64,000 nucleotides of DNA from Flavobacteriales bacterium. GTDB taxonomy: Bacteria > Bacteroidota > Bacteroidia > NS11-12g > UBA955. Made by a program: the position numbers and the translations under genes. The first letter of the stretch is position 1; the number at the start of each line of letters is the position of its first letter. The notes under the pieces were generated by a model. The model was not told the DNA's origin, ran no database searches, and saw only the letters and a program-made list of their open reading frames with translations. Below are positions 29,593 through 38,312 of this stretch, piece after piece. The stretch covers positions 42,056 through 106,055 of the forward strand of contig CANHRE010000002.1 of assembly GCA_947463095.1 (NCBI GenBank). The letters are read 5' to 3'.

Positions 29593-30611
29593 CCACGCGG
29601 TTTCCGAACTTTGCCGTTGTGAATCAATGGCTCATTCCGGTAACTATGTTGATCATGCTGGCATCATGTGAGCCCGAAGAAGCGTTGTACCCCGCACCAA
29701 AACAAATCCAGGGAATTCAGACCAAGGTGCTGGACATGGGGGAGGACCGCAACAGGGATGTGTGGGTACAGTTTTCTACCAACAACGCCATATCCACAGA
29801 CGGTTCTGTGTGGGATCTGGGTTTCTCCTGTCTTCCAGGTCGCTGGGATATAGTAATCAACAACGGCAATGATGCCTATGTGTTTCGTGGCGATACCGGC
29901 AGTTTATCGCGTATGTTTACAATTCCCGTTGGCGGATGGAAGTATGATCATCCGGGAGGCAATCCCGATTCCAGCGGCGTAGGTTCTTGGTCGCCCGACG
30001 GAAGCAGTAGTTTTGGCTATTGTTATGTTTTGGACCGAGGCATGAATCAACCTGCCGATGAGCGCTATGTCAAATTCAAGCTGGGCCGAGTGGAAAACGG
30101 AGGTTATATGCTGTCCTACGGAAATCTCGACGACAGCGCACCCCGTCAGGTGAAGATTTCGAGGCTGAGCGGCAAAAACTACGCGTACTTTAGTTTTCTG
30201 CGCGGCGATACCGTACACGCTGAACCGCTAAAACAGGATGGCTGGGATGTGGTTTTTCGGAAGTATAAAACCAATATCATTGAAACAGGAACCGGAATTC
30301 CATACGACTATGTGGCCGTCGGATGCTTGTTGAATCCATTGAACACCCAATGCGTTGAAGTTCCGGACAATACCCCTTTTGAATCGGTAAACAAGACTTT
30401 CGCCGCTTCGTTAATCATGTCAGGCAGGCTGGACGGCATTGGATATGACTGGAAATTATTCGACCGTTTATCTGGAAAATATACGGTGAACTACAAACGC
30501 ATCTTTGTTATACGAACCAACAGGGATGAGTTGTTTAAACTCAGGTTTACAGACTATTACAACGATTTGGGCCAACGGGGCTATCCCAAATTTGAATTCG
30601 AGCGACTTTAA
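29571..30611 (+). CDS. HmuY-like lipoprotein
   Basis: Lipobox MLASC. HmuY-family motifs (VWVQFS, SVWDLGFS...RWDIVIN, DGWDVVFRKY). It overlaps the receptor 3' end by 22 nt. Confidence 0.55.
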   Translation: MASSGKIATRFPNFAVVNQWLIPVTMLIMLASCEPEEALYPAPKQIQGIQTKVLDMGEDRNRDVWVQFSTNNAISTDGSVWDLGFSCLPGRWDIVINNGNDAYVFRGDTGSLSRMFTIPVGGWKYDHPGGNPDSSGVGSWSPDGSSSFGYCYVLDRGMNQPADERYVKFKLGRVENGGYMLSYGNLDDSAPRQVKISRLSGKNYAYFSFLRGDTVHAEPLKQDGWDVVFRKYKTNIIETGTGIPYDYVAVGCLLNPLNTQCVEVPDNTPFESVNKTFAASLIMSGRLDGIGYDWKLFDRLSGKYTVNYKRIFVIRTNRDELFKLRFTDYYNDLGQRGYPKFEFERL

Positions 30612-30630
30612 GTGCAATTTCGCGGTTTGT

Positions 30631-31758
30631 ATGAGAAGCCGTTATTCGTTGATGATTGCCCTTATGTTGCTCATGCCCTCGTGTTTCATGGTGAAGTCGG
30701 GCAAAAGCGCAAAGCAACCGATATTGCCTGAAGCGGCATTGCCGGCAATTGCCGAATATGCCAAAAGGACACCCGCACCCGGAGAGCAACATTTCAAGTC
30801 GCTGTATCAGTTGTCCTTTGGCGGTGATAATGCAGAAGCCTACTGGAGCCCTGATGGCAAACGGCTGACCTTTCAACGTTCTGATGCCTCTCATAACATC
30901 CCCTGTGACAGGATTTTTTCTGCCCCATGGGAGTTGCTTACCGATTCAAACTACCAGCCGGAGCTCATCAGCAACGGGCTGGGTCGTACCACCTGCTCCT
31001 ACTTTATGCCCGACGGCAAACACATCCTGTATGCCAGTACCCATGAAGGCGGACACAGCTGTCCTCCGGTTCCCGGAAGCACGGGCGCCTATGTGTGGCC
31101 TGTGTATTCCAGCTACGACATCTACATAGCCGATTTGAAAGGCAACATCACCCGCCAGCTTACCAAAGAGCCAGGATATGATGCAGAGGCTACTGTGTCA
31201 CCAGATGGTACACATATTGTGTTTACCAGCGACCGCAGTGGCGATCTGGAACTATGGATTATGGACACTGCCGGACAAAATCTGAAGCAGCTTACCAGTG
31301 GCCTGGGATATGATGGAGGTGCATTCTTTTCTCCCGATGGAAAGAAGCTCGTCTTTCGTTCCAGCAGACCTAAAACCGAAGAAGAAATTGCCCGCTACAA
31401 GGAATTGTTGTCTAAAGGTCAGGTGGAACCCACCCGCATGGAACTGTATACCGTAAATACTGACGGCAGTGAACTGCAGCAGATTACCAATTTGGGCAAG
31501 GCCAACTGGGCGCCATTTTTTCATCCCTCCGGCAAGAAAATTATCTTCAGCAGCAACCACAAGAGTGTGCGAGGCTATGACTTCCAGTTATACATGATTC
31601 ATGCCGACGGCAGCGGCCTGGAACAAATCACGTTTGAAAGCATTTTCAATGCCTTCCCCATGTTCTCACCCGATGGAAAATACCTGGTGTTCAGCAGCAA
31701 CCGGAATAATGGAGGCACACGTGCCACCAACATCTTCGTTGCCGAATGGCAGGATTGA
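30631..31758 (+). CDS. PD40/TolB-like beta-propeller repeat protein
   Basis: Signal/lipobox (LMPSCF) and repeated SPDGK / FSPDGK[KY]LVF blades. ATG at 30631 assigned as start from the signal sequence. Confidence 0.7.
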   Translation: MRSRYSLMIALMLLMPSCFMVKSGKSAKQPILPEAALPAIAEYAKRTPAPGEQHFKSLYQLSFGGDNAEAYWSPDGKRLTFQRSDASHNIPCDRIFSAPWELLTDSNYQPELISNGLGRTTCSYFMPDGKHILYASTHEGGHSCPPVPGSTGAYVWPVYSSYDIYIADLKGNITRQLTKEPGYDAEATVSPDGTHIVFTSDRSGDLELWIMDTAGQNLKQLTSGLGYDGGAFFSPDGKKLVFRSSRPKTEEEIARYKELLSKGQVEPTRMELYTVNTDGSELQQITNLGKANWAPFFHPSGKKIIFSSNHKSVRGYDFQLYMIHADGSGLEQITFESIFNAFPMFSPDGKYLVFSSNRNNGGTRATNIFVAEWQD

Positions 31759-31846
31759 GGCATGCGAAAAACAAAGGGCGGTATTGCACCATCAATAAAC
31801 TAATTTTGCGGCTCAGTCACTATGGATTTATCCGACAGTAGGGCAA

Positions 31847-32800
31847 ATGATGAGGGTATACTTCAGAAAACAGAACAAGGTGCTGAAGGTGCCGCGTCTT
31901 TCCGAATTGGAAAAACTGGACGACATCATTTGGATTGATTTACAAAATCCTACGCCCGATGAATTACGGGATGTAGAAGAGCATTTCGAAATTCGATTTC
32001 AGAGCAAACAGGAACAGGCTGAGATTGAGTCGTCTTCCCGCTATTTTGAAACGGAGGAAGAAATCATTGCCAATACCAACTTCCTACAGGTGGACGCCAG
32101 CCAGCAGGCAGGTTTCAGCAGCAACGGCGTGTCATTTATACTCCAGAACGAAACCCTCTTTACCTACAGGGAAGCTGATTTGGCAAATTTTGCAGAATGT
32201 GTTCGGAAGATTAAAGCTTCGGGAAGGGCTTTTGGGTCCGGAAAGAAAATTCTGGTGAGCTTATTTGAAACCGGAATTGATACCGATGCGGACATCATTG
32301 AAGGTATATCACGCAACATTGTGGCCCTGGGCCGTGAATTGAGTTTTTCGGGTAGTACCGACGAGAAGCTCATTCTTCAAATCAATCGACTGCTCGATGA
32401 TACCATGATGCTTCGTCAGAACATCATCGATAAACAGCGCGTAGTTACGGCCATGTTGCGTTCCCGTGACTTTGAGGGCGCTGAGGTGGAGCGACTGCGC
32501 ATCCTGATTAAAGACGTGAATTCGCTGTTGGACCATACCACGTTCAATTCTGAACGGTTGGAGTATTTACAGGATACCTTTCTGGGTCTGATCAATATTG
32601 AACAGAACAAGATCATCAAGATTTTTACTGTAGCCTCGGTGATTTTTATGCCGCCAACACTCATAGCCAGCATCTATGGGATGAATTTTAATGCCTTTCC
32701 CGAACTAAACTGGAGGTATGGATATCCTTTTGCCATCCTGTTGATGTTGTTGTCTTCATTTACCACTTTATACCTGTTCCGTAAGAAAAAGTGGCTTTGA
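31847..32800 (+). CDS. corA: CorA-family magnesium/cobalt transporter
   Basis: C-terminal two-TM domain with the GMNF signature (YGMNFNAFPELNW). ~317 aa. Confidence 0.85.
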   Translation: MMRVYFRKQNKVLKVPRLSELEKLDDIIWIDLQNPTPDELRDVEEHFEIRFQSKQEQAEIESSSRYFETEEEIIANTNFLQVDASQQAGFSSNGVSFILQNETLFTYREADLANFAECVRKIKASGRAFGSGKKILVSLFETGIDTDADIIEGISRNIVALGRELSFSGSTDEKLILQINRLLDDTMMLRQNIIDKQRVVTAMLRSRDFEGAEVERLRILIKDVNSLLDHTTFNSERLEYLQDTFLGLINIEQNKIIKIFTVASVIFMPPTLIASIYGMNFNAFPELNWRYGYPFAILLMLLSSFTTLYLFRKKKWL

Positions 32801-32815
32801 GTTGTTACTCTGAGC

Positions 32816-33301
32816 ATGAAGGCACAGTTTCTTTCTTTTTTATTCTTCTTCGGAATTAACGCCGACTACACTCTTGTTCGCCAAACCTACCTGAAGGCGG
32901 TGAACAGCGAAGCGGATGCCTTACAACTGGAAAAGTTGACGCAGGCTCAGGCCGCTGCCGATGCGGTGATTCAGGCCTATTATGGTTCAGCGCTGGCGCT
33001 GAAAGCCAAGTTTAGCTATAATCCCTACAACAAGGTGGTTTATGTTCGCTCGGGGTCAGCGCAACTAAACGCCGCCGTGAACAAGTTTCCCCAGCATACG
33101 GAGATCCGCTTCCTGCGTTACAGCGTAGAATACAATACGCCATCCATGGTTGGAATTTCCCTGCATCTGGCCGAAGATAAAGCCTTCATATTGTCCCATC
33201 CGCCGATGCGCGCACATGCGCTGTTTCAAAGCATTAAAGGCTTCATGCTGCAAACCTCCGGCCTGAGCGAAGCCGAAAAGAAACAGATTAACGCCTGGTA
33301 A
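32816..33301 (+). CDS. hypothetical protein
   Basis: 161 aa ORF with a hydrophobic N-terminus and no recognisable motifs. Confidence 0.4.
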   Translation: MKAQFLSFLFFFGINADYTLVRQTYLKAVNSEADALQLEKLTQAQAAADAVIQAYYGSALALKAKFSYNPYNKVVYVRSGSAQLNAAVNKFPQHTEIRFLRYSVEYNTPSMVGISLHLAEDKAFILSHPPMRAHALFQSIKGFMLQTSGLSEAEKKQINAW

Positions 33302-33345
33302 AACATCCTGTTATCATTGGTCATCATGCCTAAATTAGGGGTCGT

Positions 33346-33398
33346 GGTTCGACGAGCTCACCATGACGAGCTCACCATGACAAGCGCACCATGACATA
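33346..33398. repeat. second copy of the GGTTCGAC...CACCATGACA repeat family, with internal 14-bp duplication
   Basis: GGTTCGAC-GAGCTCACCATGAC-GAGCTCACCATGAC-AAGCGCACCATGACATA. The flanks reproduce the reverse complement of the 16538-16562 core. Confidence 0.6.
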
Positions 33399-33406
33399 AC
33401 CTGACC

Positions 33407-34567
33407 TCAATCCAGCAAACTCACCATTTCGCGGGTGCTCAGAAAACGTCCGTTTACATTATTGGTGAGTACCACATAGCAGCGGTTATCGTCCAGGCAG
33501 CGCCAGAAATATGTTCTGAATCCCTTCCACCAGCCATTGTGGAATGCCCATTTGCGCATATTGATCCAGGTAATACGCCAGCCCAGGGCATAGTATTGAC
33601 CTTGGTTTGAAGTAGGAACGGCCGGACGATACATTTCTTCCAGTATGGAGCGGTGCAACAGGAAGGGGCTACGCAGGGCCCGGTCAAAGCGGAACATTTC
33701 CCAGGTATTGCTGTACACGCCTTTGTCGCCGCATGTGCCGTTTTGAGGTACATCCTGCACCAGGTAGTGGCTCCGTTCAAAACCCTGAAGGAAATAACCA
33801 CTCAACGGGATGCTGTCAAAGTTGTTGATGTGAGAATACAGCATCCCGCTTGGATCGAATACCCGGTGTTTCACAAAATGGCGGAACGACAAATGGGAAA
33901 CCTTTTCGACGATGGCGCTGAGCAACACAAAATTGGTGTTGCAGTAATTGTAGAAGGCACCCGGACGAGCAAACATGGTAGACGGCAATTTATTGAGCAT
34001 CTGCACCACATCCGTATTGTTCATGTGCCTGTTTTTATCCGGCCAGTATCGGTCGCTGAAGTCGAAATAATCGGGAAGGCCGGAGGTATGGGTGAGCAGT
34101 TGCCTGATGGTAAGATTCTTGCGTTTAAACTCAGGAAGGTGCTGATGCACGCTGTCTTCAAGGCTGATCAATCCGTCCTGATATAACGTCATCACTGCTG
34201 TGCCCGTGATGGTTTTACTCACGCTGGCCAACTGGAACAAATCATCGAGCAGGAGGGTATCACCGGTGCGGAAGTTGGCAAAGCCATGTTTGCCCTGCAA
34301 AAGGCTGTCGTCCTTGAAAAACAGGTAGGTGCCGTTGAACAGGCCCGACTGATGCATTCTTTTGAAGAAGCCTTTGATATTCAGCTGGCTTTCTGGTGAA
34401 AATGAGTGGTATTTGCTTTTGTCAGCGTCGTACCGATGTGCCGTGCCCGGGTCTTCCATAAACAACATGTAGCTGCCCATCATCAGCAGCACCAATACAC
34501 CAGTCACCCAACGCTTCCACATAAATGCAAATTTACCCTTCCCTTCAGGGTTCACAAATCTCAGCAC
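33407..34567 (-). CDS. serine hydrolase, class C beta-lactamase / penicillin-binding-protein family
   Basis: S-x-x-K active-site motif (ASVSKTITG) in the expected N-terminal position. N-terminal membrane anchor. ~386 aa. Confidence 0.8.
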   Translation of the reverse strand: MLRFVNPEGKGKFAFMWKRWVTGVLVLLMMGSYMLFMEDPGTAHRYDADKSKYHSFSPESQLNIKGFFKRMHQSGLFNGTYLFFKDDSLLQGKHGFANFRTGDTLLLDDLFQLASVSKTITGTAVMTLYQDGLISLEDSVHQHLPEFKRKNLTIRQLLTHTSGLPDYFDFSDRYWPDKNRHMNNTDVVQMLNKLPSTMFARPGAFYNYCNTNFVLLSAIVEKVSHLSFRHFVKHRVFDPSGMLYSHINNFDSIPLSGYFLQGFERSHYLVQDVPQNGTCGDKGVYSNTWEMFRFDRALRSPFLLHRSILEEMYRPAVPTSNQGQYYALGWRITWINMRKWAFHNGWWKGFRTYFWRCLDDNRCYVVLTNNVNGRFLSTREMVSLLD

Positions 34568-34720
34568 AGAACAAAACGATTGATTTTGAGATTATTGTGT
34601 GCAGTCAACATCAGAAATAGTTGCGTTAGACCTTTATCCTTACTGTCCGGAATAAACTGAATGCCCCCAATGGCAGGGGCGCTCATGATGAAGTTTATCG
34701 TATTTGTGCTATCCATATTG

Positions 34721-35695
34721 TTATTCCTGCTCGTTTAGCCAGCTTTCAAGGGCCTTAACCCGCTGCCGCAGCAAGTTGAAAAAGCGGTAACGCAGTTTTT
34801 CGGCATAGCCCGTGAGGTTGAGGCTGCGGCGCAACAAAAGGTCGTTCCATTCTGTAGTTTGACGGCAATAATCCTGGTTGGAGGTGCTGAGGTAGTGCAT
34901 GGTGTGGTGGCCGGTATATACGCGTTGATGGCTTCTGGCATAAACCATCAGACTGCCGTTGAAGACGGCGATTTCGCTCCAAAAAAGCTGGAAGTCGTTT
35001 TCACGGTGTTTGTGGCCGGTTCGCGCCTGTTCCTGCAGGTCATCAAGCAGACGGTGCATGTCTGCCGTTACAGCGAGCGCATCAGCAGCACTGGTAAAGT
35101 GACCGGTTTCCATATCGTAGCGGATCTGGCGCAGGGTACTGTCAAGGCTGTATTCTGACCACACTTCGAGCGAAGGAATGCGCATATAAAGTCGGTATAT
35201 TCCGGCTGCGGCTTCGTCGCGCTGGTTTTCTTCTTCTACAGGATTGAAACGGGTTCCGGTATCTGAGGTATAAAGCCTTTCCCAGTGGTAATGCTTGAAG
35301 GCACGCAATTGAGGATAGCCGTACATACGAAAGGGAATAATGTCTTCCTGGGTGTGCACAATCCGCGCTTCCGGGTCGTCGGCCAGTGCTTTGCCCATCT
35401 TAAGTAAGCGTTCCAGATTGGAAGTCCGGCTGTCGTGGCTGTCTGCTGCTGCTTCCACTTCAAACACAATTTGCCCTTTGCCGGATGCTGCCAGTATATC
35501 GAGGCTCAGTCCCAGCGCTGTTGCCAGTTGCATGCCTTCCTGAAGCGTGAATGGTGACTGACCGCGCAGCCGGCGATAAGCCGCATCCAGGCTGATGTTG
35601 AGCACATCCGAAATGGTCTGTGCAGCATTCCTGTTTACCGGGATACCCGCGCGCAACCATTCTTGAATGTCTGGTAGTTCCTGTATTTTGCTCAT
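34721..35695 (-). CDS. helix-turn-helix transcriptional regulator with uncharacterised ~250-aa C-terminal domain
   Basis: N-terminal HTH-like segment (IPVNRNAAQTISDVLNISLDAAYRRLRG). It is divergent from the 35884 gene across a 188-bp AT-rich region. Confidence 0.55.
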   Translation of the reverse strand: MSKIQELPDIQEWLRAGIPVNRNAAQTISDVLNISLDAAYRRLRGQSPFTLQEGMQLATALGLSLDILAASGKGQIVFEVEAAADSHDSRTSNLERLLKMGKALADDPEARIVHTQEDIIPFRMYGYPQLRAFKHYHWERLYTSDTGTRFNPVEEENQRDEAAAGIYRLYMRIPSLEVWSEYSLDSTLRQIRYDMETGHFTSAADALAVTADMHRLLDDLQEQARTGHKHRENDFQLFWSEIAVFNGSLMVYARSHQRVYTGHHTMHYLSTSNQDYCRQTTEWNDLLLRRSLNLTGYAEKLRYRFFNLLRQRVKALESWLNEQE

Positions 35696-35787
35696 ATTGC
35701 AAAAATACTGGATTAATATTATTGAATAATGCGCTTTAATGCTGAAAGTTCTTAAAAAGTAGTGCTAATTGCGTTGAATGAGCCGCG

Positions 35788-35810
35788 TTATCACAAAACG
35801 TTTGTGATTA
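35788..35810. promoter_or_regulatory. palindromic candidate operator TTATCACAAA-ACG-TTTGTGATTA, followed by a third TCACAA half-site
   Basis: TCACAAA/TTTGTGA form a perfect 7-bp inverted repeat with 3-bp spacer in the divergent intergenic region. It lies ~75 bp upstream of the 35884 start. Confidence 0.35.
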
Positions 35811-35883
35811 TCACAATGCATGGTTGTAAGGTCTTGTTCTATGCCAATAATCTCCTCAAATGGCTCACCACTTTTGCTCCATC

Positions 35884-37023
35884 ATGAAACGACACAACAA
35901 AGCCTCTATTTATATGCCCTGTCTGATGGCCATGGTTTGGAGCAGCCTGACAAACACATATGCACAGGTGAAGACACAGAAACCTGTAATTGCCGTGGCC
36001 GGGGTTGAAACCGCCTTAACGGCGAACAACCGCAACATGCTCGCCGACATCGCGCGATTCGAACTGATCCGCATGGATACTTTTCAGGTGCTGGACCACT
36101 ATGACCATGCGCAGCGCAACGGAGCAGAAACCGCCACTGCCTGTTATTCACTGCCATGCCTGAAGAGTTTCGGTGAGGCCAATAAAGCTGATTTGGTCCT
36201 GTTCGGACATGTGAGCGACCTCGGCAAATCCTTCGTTGTGGCTTTCCGGCTGGTGGACGTGAAGAGCGGACAAATCGTCGCTGCTTCAGCGCGCGAGTTC
36301 ATGTATCTGTCTGAAGAAATTCCGAATATGGTGCGGGTTACAGTGCAACACCTCTTTAACAGGGTGCAGAACAAACAGCTGGAAGCCACCTTGCTGACTT
36401 CCAACGAACTGCAGGCCAGTTATGTGCTGAGCCGTATTGATGTATTGAACCTATCTGGTCCGCGCATGGGCTTTGCCTACACGGTTGGTCCGAATGCAGA
36501 TATCCTTCGAGCGCCGGCATCGCAGGGTGGTTTTGGAGGCAGGCCTTTTATGTACCAGTTTGGTTACCAGTTTGAGGTGCGTTATATCAATGAGCGTTCG
36601 GTTCAGGGCTTGTTTGAGGTGATTCCTATGCTCAGCGGACTGGACCAGAACCTGTTCATGCCCAGTTTGGTAGTGATGAACGGTGTGCGTCAGAACCGTG
36701 CGGGTATTGAGTTTGCGGCTGGGCCGGGATTCCATGTGGCACCGATGGCCACCGGTTATTACGATAACGGAGTTTGGAAGTTGGCGGGGGAGTGGACGGG
36801 CGCGCAACCTAACCCGAATCCGTTGGTCAAGCGTCTTGATTCGCGCGGTTTGCCGGTATTCAGCACCCAGCTGGTAATTAGTGCCGGCAAGACCTTCCGC
36901 GCAGGGGGCATGAATTTCCCGCTGAACGTATTTTACGTTCCCGGCACCGGAGGTAATTCCCGCTACGGCATCTCGCTCGGATTTAACTCACGCAGCAAAA
37001 AGACAGGAACTTCGGGAAGATGA
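35884..37023 (+). CDS. secreted protein with CsgG/LpoB-like N-terminal domain and probable beta-barrel C-terminal half
   Basis: Signal peptide (MKRHNKASIYMPCLMAMVWSSLTNTYAQ). ADLVLFGHVSDLGKSFVVAFRLVDVKSGQIVAAS matches the CsgG/LpoB/TolB-N fold signature. C-terminal half is Gly/aromatic-rich. Confidence 0.5.
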   Translation: MKRHNKASIYMPCLMAMVWSSLTNTYAQVKTQKPVIAVAGVETALTANNRNMLADIARFELIRMDTFQVLDHYDHAQRNGAETATACYSLPCLKSFGEANKADLVLFGHVSDLGKSFVVAFRLVDVKSGQIVAASAREFMYLSEEIPNMVRVTVQHLFNRVQNKQLEATLLTSNELQASYVLSRIDVLNLSGPRMGFAYTVGPNADILRAPASQGGFGGRPFMYQFGYQFEVRYINERSVQGLFEVIPMLSGLDQNLFMPSLVVMNGVRQNRAGIEFAAGPGFHVAPMATGYYDNGVWKLAGEWTGAQPNPNPLVKRLDSRGLPVFSTQLVISAGKTFRAGGMNFPLNVFYVPGTGGNSRYGISLGFNSRSKKTGTSGR

Positions 37024-37053
37024 TTGCATGAATAGGATAGAAGTCCTATTTTT
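37023..37053 (+). promoter_or_regulatory. Bacteroidetes-type promoter for the rpsF-rpsR-rplI operon
   Basis: TTG (37023-37025), a 20-nt spacer, then TATTTTTG (37046-37053) matching the -7 consensus TAnnTTTG. It lies ~22 bp before the rpsF ATG. Confidence 0.4.
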
Positions 37054-37075
37054 GCAGCCCTTTTAAAGAGCCACC

Positions 37076-37453
37076 ATGAGCAATATTCAGCAGTACGAGA
37101 CTGTGATCATATTGACACCCGTGCTCTCTGAGCAACAGATGAAAGAAGCTGTTGCAGGCTACAGAGAGTTGATCACAGCAAACGGTGGGGAGATGGTCCA
37201 TGAAGAAAACTGGGGCCTGACCAAATTAGCCTATCCCATCCAAAAGAAAAACACGGGGTTCTATCATCTGTTCGAATTCAGGGCAGATACTTCATTCATC
37301 AAGGTCCTTGACCTGGCGTTCCGCCGCGACGAGCGCGTGCTGCGCTACCTCACGGTTCACCTGGACAAGCACGGTATTGACTACAATGACCGTCGCCGCA
37401 AAGGTGAAATCCGCCGCAAGGAAGAAAAGAACGAGGAGGCACCTGCACAATGA
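37076..37453 (+). CDS. rpsF: 30S ribosomal protein S6
   Basis: Family-typical sequence (YETVIILTP...[13 protein letters not shown]...GFYHLFEF) and an acidic C-terminal tail. Confidence 0.95.
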   Translation: MSNIQQYETVIILTPVLSEQQMKEAVAGYRELITANGGEMVHEENWGLTKLAYPIQKKNTGFYHLFEFRADTSFIKVLDLAFRRDERVLRYLTVHLDKHGIDYNDRRRKGEIRRKEEKNEEAPAQ

Positions 37454-37716
37454 GAAAGAACGATCAAAATTTCATCTTCAACCAGACACCTCAGGTTATT
37501 CAAAAGAAGAAGTACTGCCGCTTTAAAAAGCATGGCATCAAGTACATCGACTACAAAGACCATGAGTTTCTGTTGAAGTTCCTCAACGACCAGGGCAAAA
37601 TCCTGCCCCGCCGCATCACAGGAACTTCTTTGAAGTATCAACGTAAAATGGGAACGGCCATCAAGCGCGCCAGGCATCTGGCCTTGTTGCCCTTCGTAGC
37701 CGATGGTTTGAAATAA
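37450..37716 (+). CDS. rpsR: 30S ribosomal protein S18
   Basis: KYCRFKK...IDYKD...LPRRITGTS...[22 protein letters not shown] overlap with rpsF. Confidence 0.95.
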   Translation: MRKNDQNFIFNQTPQVIQKKKYCRFKKHGIKYIDYKDHEFLLKFLNDQGKILPRRITGTSLKYQRKMGTAIKRARHLALLPFVADGLK

Positions 37717-37734
37717 GACAGGGAGGAAATTACC

Positions 37735-38178
37735 ATGGAAATCATCCTGAAGAAATTCGTAAAAGGACTGGGCGAGCGCAACGAAATCGTTACCGTGAAA
37801 CCCGGATATGCCAGGAATTACCTTATTCCTAAAGGCATCGCCGTTGCCGCTACCGAAAGCGAGCGCAAAATGCGCAACGAGGAAGAGCGTCAGCGTGCCT
37901 TCAAAATGGAGAAGATGCAGAAAGATGCTGCTTCAATGGCCGAAAAACTGGCCGGAATCAGCGTTACCATCCGTACCAAAGCCGGTGCCAGCGGTAAAAT
38001 CTTCGGCTCCGTTACCGCACTGCAAATTGCCAATGCCCTGAAAGATCAAGGTTTTGATGTGGACAGAAAGAGTGTTTCTATTTCTGAAGACATCAAAAAT
38101 CTGGGTTCTTACCAGGCCACCATCAACCTCTTTAAAGGTGTCAACGCCGATATCGAGGTTCATGTGGTAGAGGAATAA
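37735..38178 (+). CDS. rplI: 50S ribosomal protein L9
   Basis: MEIILKKFVKGLGERNEIVTVKPGYARNYLIPKGIAV N-domain. Confidence 0.95.
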   Translation: MEIILKKFVKGLGERNEIVTVKPGYARNYLIPKGIAVAATESERKMRNEEERQRAFKMEKMQKDAASMAEKLAGISVTIRTKAGASGKIFGSVTALQIANALKDQGFDVDRKSVSISEDIKNLGSYQATINLFKGVNADIEVHVVEE

Positions 38179-38199
38179 CTAAAACAATAAACCATTTAG

Positions 38200-38228
38200 A
38201 AAAGGTCGCCCCAGGGTGGCCTTTTTTA
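38200..38228 (+). terminator. Rho-independent terminator after rplI
   Basis: AAAAGGTCGCC-CCAG-GGTGGCCTTTTTT. ~11-bp stem with G-U wobble pairs, followed by a T6 run. Confidence 0.65.
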
Positions 38229-38312
38229 TGTATTTTACCTTAGCCACCGGCCAGCTATTATTCACGTTCCTTACTATAGTGAGGCACTAGCTGCCGTATA
38301 TTTGAACCTTTA

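Noticed and set aside
34684-34737. 17-aa hydrophobic micro-ORF MMKFIVFVLSILLFLLV downstream of the serine hydrolase start region
   Set aside because: Overlaps the 3' end of the HTH regulator gene on the opposite strand. Too short to support without conservation data.
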